Shown here in pieces: positions 59,683 to 64,000 of a stretch of 64,000 bases of DNA. The stretch is taken from assembly GCA_013265495.1 (NCBI GenBank), contig MU058017.1:312375-376374 (forward strand). The letters are read 5' to 3'. The notes under the pieces were generated by a model. The model saw only the letters and a program-made list of their open reading frames with translations. It was not told where the DNA came from and did no database searches. Position 1 is the first letter of the stretch. Each line of letters opens with the position of its first letter. This stretch comes from Vicugna vicugna. Its lineage: Eukaryota. The position numbers and the translations under genes were made by a program.

Positions 59683-62600
59683 ACGATCTCATTTTTTTTC
59701 ATATTATAAAAGCTATACCCATGTACCTATGCATCTGTGTATAAAAGTGGGTGTGTGTGTATATGAATATATAAAGGACTGAATGGTACACATAAAACTG
59801 CTAACTGGGGTTATCCTCTGGAAAATGGTGGAGAGTGAGGAGGTTGCGGGGGGCAGTGCTTATACTTTTTATCTCCACACTTTTGAATTGATTGAAAAAT
59901 GTTCCACAATCATGTATAACTATTGTAAATTTAAGCAAGCAACTTACCAGCTTTTATTGATGTTCATCAGGGTAGATGTTAGGCTGCCTTGGAGAGAAGT
60001 GGGAACTACAACAATTAAGTGATCCAAACTGTTGGAATACTTTTCAGCCATCAAAGTGAAAAACAGTAATATTTTGTATGTTTCCCCCAAAGAGGGATAC
60101 TAGTCAGTGGCAGAGTGGAAACAGTGCTACACTTGGAGTCCAGCCAGCCAGTAGGAGCTCCGTTTCTGGCACTAGCTGGCTGTGTGACCTTAGGTTCTTA
60201 ACCGCACTGGCATTTGCATTTTCATCTTTAAATGCTTCTGTAAATTCCCTTGGTCTGTGTTTATTCATTTCTGGCTCATACACGCATGTTGTACCTCACA
60301 ACAAAATGTGACTGAGCCTAAAAATAGCCAACGATCACTTCTCCCAGACAATGATCTGAACAGAGGCCATTGATCTGAGCTGTGTGCTTGAAGGACAGCA
60401 TACAGATGAGTCAGTGTATAATCAGGCAGCCTGATTCGTCCACTCTGCCTCTACAGAATGTCTGTGCCACCCTTTACTACTGCTATGGGGAGGACAGCTT
60501 CTACTGCAAACCCGTATAACAGAGCTGAACCCCGCAGACCTACGTCACTCTTCATTCCTCTATTCAGTCAGGAAATAATTATTAAGTACACACTATGAGT
60601 CAGAACTATACCCGGCTCTGGGGATTCATTGATCAGCAAAATAAACAAGGTCCCTATTCAGTTGAATGAGGTCAAGAAAACAAGTAATTACAAGACAATG
60701 TGGACAGTGTTTTGGTAAAGGAACTGCAGTGTGCTCAGGGGAGCCCAGTTCTCTAAGTTAGGGGTGCCTATCTCAGACTTCAAGGTTTTCCAAAGATCTC
60801 TTTTCACTGAATCACATCAACTCAGCTTTGAAATCATGAAACAGATCATTTTGCCCACTACCCACTAGTTTTCCAAGAATTCTGCCTTTCAATTGCGTCT
60901 ATGGCTGCTGGAGAGGGCAAGGCTCAGGCAAGGAGTAACCAAGCCCCCGCGATTCAGCTGCTCAAAGTAAAGGCACAATGGCATCTCAGACTGGGAGGCA
61001 TTCTTTCAACTTCCGCGCTGGTGCCATGTTTTCCCTCAAGGTAGGTAGGAGAATCCACTCTGCCAAGTCCAGGTGTAAAGGCGTCAGATATTTGATCGTA
61101 AGACCCAAGAATAATGAGGAATATTTATTCCTCATGAGAGTCAGCCTCCACCATAGCCCACTCCTCTCTGTTACTAACCAGCACATCAAACACAAAGTGT
61201 CCCTCTAAAAGTCTTTGGAGTACATTTTAATTAGTTTCCTCAGGCACTGCACATGCCAAGGTAGTAGGGCTCTGGCTTCCCTAAGTCCCCTCAAAATTTT
61301 TGTCTCCTATTTCCATAATGCTTCTCTATGTTGACCTGCAGAGCTCAAGCAAATACACAGTTGTGTCTTTTAAATACGCTAAAAAGGATTCTGATCGGAG
61401 CGGTGGTGGTGAAATTTCGTTTTGTCTTTTCACTGCTCTGCGCTCTGTAAATGTACCAAATCCCAATGTAAGCTGTCATTTTTTCCCCAATAATTGACTT
61501 CTGAAATCATGAAAACTCTACACTAAAGAAAACGAACTTGGTAAGAAAGGGATGGAGATGGTGAGATTTTTTCCCCCAAAGAAAAGAATATACCTGGATC
61601 CCTTATTGAAGCCAGGTTTCTTTAAAAATTTTAATTCTATGATATAGATATTTAACATAATATAGTTTTTTTAACTTCCTTATACATGTAAGAAAAAACA
61701 GTTAATTTTTTTCCTAATCCTGCCTCATTCCAAAAATTCCTCTAACACAATTTTCTGTATACAACAGACATTTCATCACAACTCATTGACTTGTTGGTTC
61801 CAAAATAAAAAGGTCCAGATCTAATTACCACAAATTCATTGCATATGGCAGCAACCTCAGAGCTGAGTCTATCCATGGGGTCTATGTAGAATTCTATCAC
61901 ATTGAATGAATGTTCTCCCACCATAGAAAGGATAAGGTTATGTAGAATCCAACATGCAACTATACTGTTGACTATTTGTTGTTTGTTGTTTGTCTTACCC
62001 CGTTTGAATGTAAGCTCTAAAAAGCAGAGTCTTTATTTCGTTCCCTACTTGGTGTTGCCCCAAGGCCTGGAGCAGTGCCAGGTAACATGTAGGCCCTCAA
62101 CTACTACTATCGAGTGAATGACCGTAACAAGGTTGTTTTTTTCTAATGGCAGCTCTAAGACTGGCTCTTCTGAATCATCTTCAGCTGTCCTTTAATGACA
62201 TCTTGGCTAGATTCTGTATTTTCCTGGTCACTCTCAGCAATTAGAGACTCAATCCAGTTTAAAACTTCAACCTCAAATCCAGTGCAAATCTTTCCCCTCT
62301 CCCTCTGCTCTTCCACCCCTCCTCCAGCTCAGCACCCTGCTGTGGATGCTGGGGATGCCCCAGCTCTGGTTTCAACACCCCTTTTCTCATTTCCCCCTTT
62401 TCGAGTCCTAGCTCCTTACGTGCTTGGGGTAGGAGGAGGGAGAAGAAATGGACTAGCTTTTTTTTTGTTTTACTTAACCTGCTATAGTTGAAGTGCTTTT
62501 TCCATTGATTAAAACATCTTTGCTGGGTAACATTTATCTTCTCTAAAGTACACCTGACTCCCAAGAAACTAACACATCCTCACCATATCCAAAAGTGGAC

Positions 62601-63519
62601 CCAGGAGCTGTCCCATGTCCCCTCATCCTCCTCAGTATTCCCATTTCTCAGATTAGAAAAAAAGCAGGTACCGGGCTTCCCTTCTTGCAGGCATTTTCAA
62701 CTTCTATAAGAGATTTTTGAAGTCCCTCACCTTTCTGGCCCCAGCCTCTCACTTGGCTTTGAAGAGTACAGAACCACCACCTCCCAATATCCCTTCCACA
62801 GGAAAAGCTGCTCACCATGAACTCATACTCCTCCACAGGCTGATGTTCTCAGTCCCCAACTTTCCCCACCTTCTTGGGGAGAAGTTCTTTCTCACTTTCT
62901 CAGATTGGGGAGGGGGTTGAGGTGGGGGGAAGAAGAAGAAATGTTAAGTATGGTTGCCACAGAGCTGGTACTTCTGGGATCTCTTAGTAAGGCCATATTA
63001 AGGTGTGAGGAGAAACTGGTGAATCTTTTTAGATTTACCACCTTTGGGTTTTCAACTGGGACCCAACACATCAATTTCAGTACAACAAGAGAAGTCCCAT
63101 CAACATCCTGTTATTTATGCTACAAAAAAGATTGTCTTTTTTTATTTACAACTCTCTCTGGTCTTAGTATATGCCTTGTTCTATATGTACTTATGGAGAC
63201 ACTAAATAGATACTTCTTAAATTCTTGATACAGGATTAGGTACTTGAGATGTTGACCAGAAATTCTAGACATCAGCCTGAAAGCTGCTGAAAGAAGCTTG
63301 TGGGTATCAAGTTATGAATCCTGATGGATCATGGAGACTTCAGACCCATGCAGGAATTTCTAAACCCTACTCGGTACCTTTACAGGGTTCAGGGCTGGAA
63401 TTCTCCAAATGCTCCAATCATCAGAAAATCCCCCAAATGAAGAACAGGAACAATATTTTTTAAATTAAACACACGCTTAGGGAGAAATTAAAAACAGAAA
63501 CACTTGATGATGAGACTGC

Positions 63520-63659
63520 TTTTTTTAGGGGGGAAAGGTGGTAATTAGGTTTATTTGTTTATTTTTAATGGCAGTACTGGCAATTGAACTCAGGAACTCA
63601 TGCATGCTAAGTATGCACTATACCACTTAAGCTATACCCTCTCTCCCCACCCTGCCCCT
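63520..63659 (-). mobile_element. Camelid tRNA-derived SINE
   Basis: ggtaattaggtttattt...attgaactcaggaactcatgcatgctaagtatgcactataccacttaagctataccc. Flanks agactgctttt and agactgtctttt look like a TSD. Confidence 0.9.
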
Positions 63660-64000
63660 AGACTGTCTTTTATCTCTGTTTGTGGCAAGCATCTTGGGCT
63701 TCAAAATGTCTCACTGGCTCCTGAAACCTAATGTCACCAGAGTCTCAAAATGGAAACATTCTGCCACAAATTACAGATACTTAAGGATCCTCCCCCCTTG
63801 AGATTCAGTTCACATTGTGGGCCTTGCCACTGGGTTTTCTCTCTGCCACAACTCAGATAAAGTGGAGCAGTCCATGTGGTTTTGCTTTTACATTCACAGT
63901 TTCAACAGTTTTGGATCCTCAGTGAACACATTAGATGCATCCCTCTGCAATATACGCATTCAGGGAACAAAAATTCAGATTAGTGTCGGAAGTTATTGGG

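Noticed and set aside
1..64000. A novel multi-gene system, operon or CRISPR array
   Set aside because: This is repeat-rich mammalian DNA. There are no regularly spaced repeat-spacer units and no long non-transposon ORFs.
34719..64000. Downstream COL8A1 exons
   Set aside because: No signal-peptide, Gly-X-Y or C1q coding sequence, and no match to the later 5'UTR exons as I recall them. They should lie beyond the window.

Overview
Mammalian genomic DNA, very probably camelid (alpaca/llama/camel). The four tRNA-derived SINEs look like the camelid Vic-1 type, and several young L1 3' ends share one lineage-specific 3'UTR. I see no intact cellular coding exon. The one host-gene feature is a CpG-island/TATA promoter with a ~70-nt non-coding first exon (~34649-34718, + strand, donor AAG|GTAAGA). 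From memory I recognise it as COL8A1 exon 1 (needs BLAST confirmation). On that reading, 1-34.6 kb is upstream intergenic DNA and 34.7-64 kb is the start of a long intron 1. The rest is transposon debris: young and ancient L1, HAL1, L2, MIR, ERVL/MaLR LTRs, hAT and Tigger MITEs, and microsatellites. All informative ORFs in the track are L1 or ERV remnants. I found no convincing new biological system. The best leads are candidate enhancers and a CTCF site around the promoter, young L1 insertions with target-site duplications (TSDs), an old L1 5' end that is unusually CpG-rich, and nested or rearranged elements. Repeat family names are by eye and boundaries of old elements are approximate.
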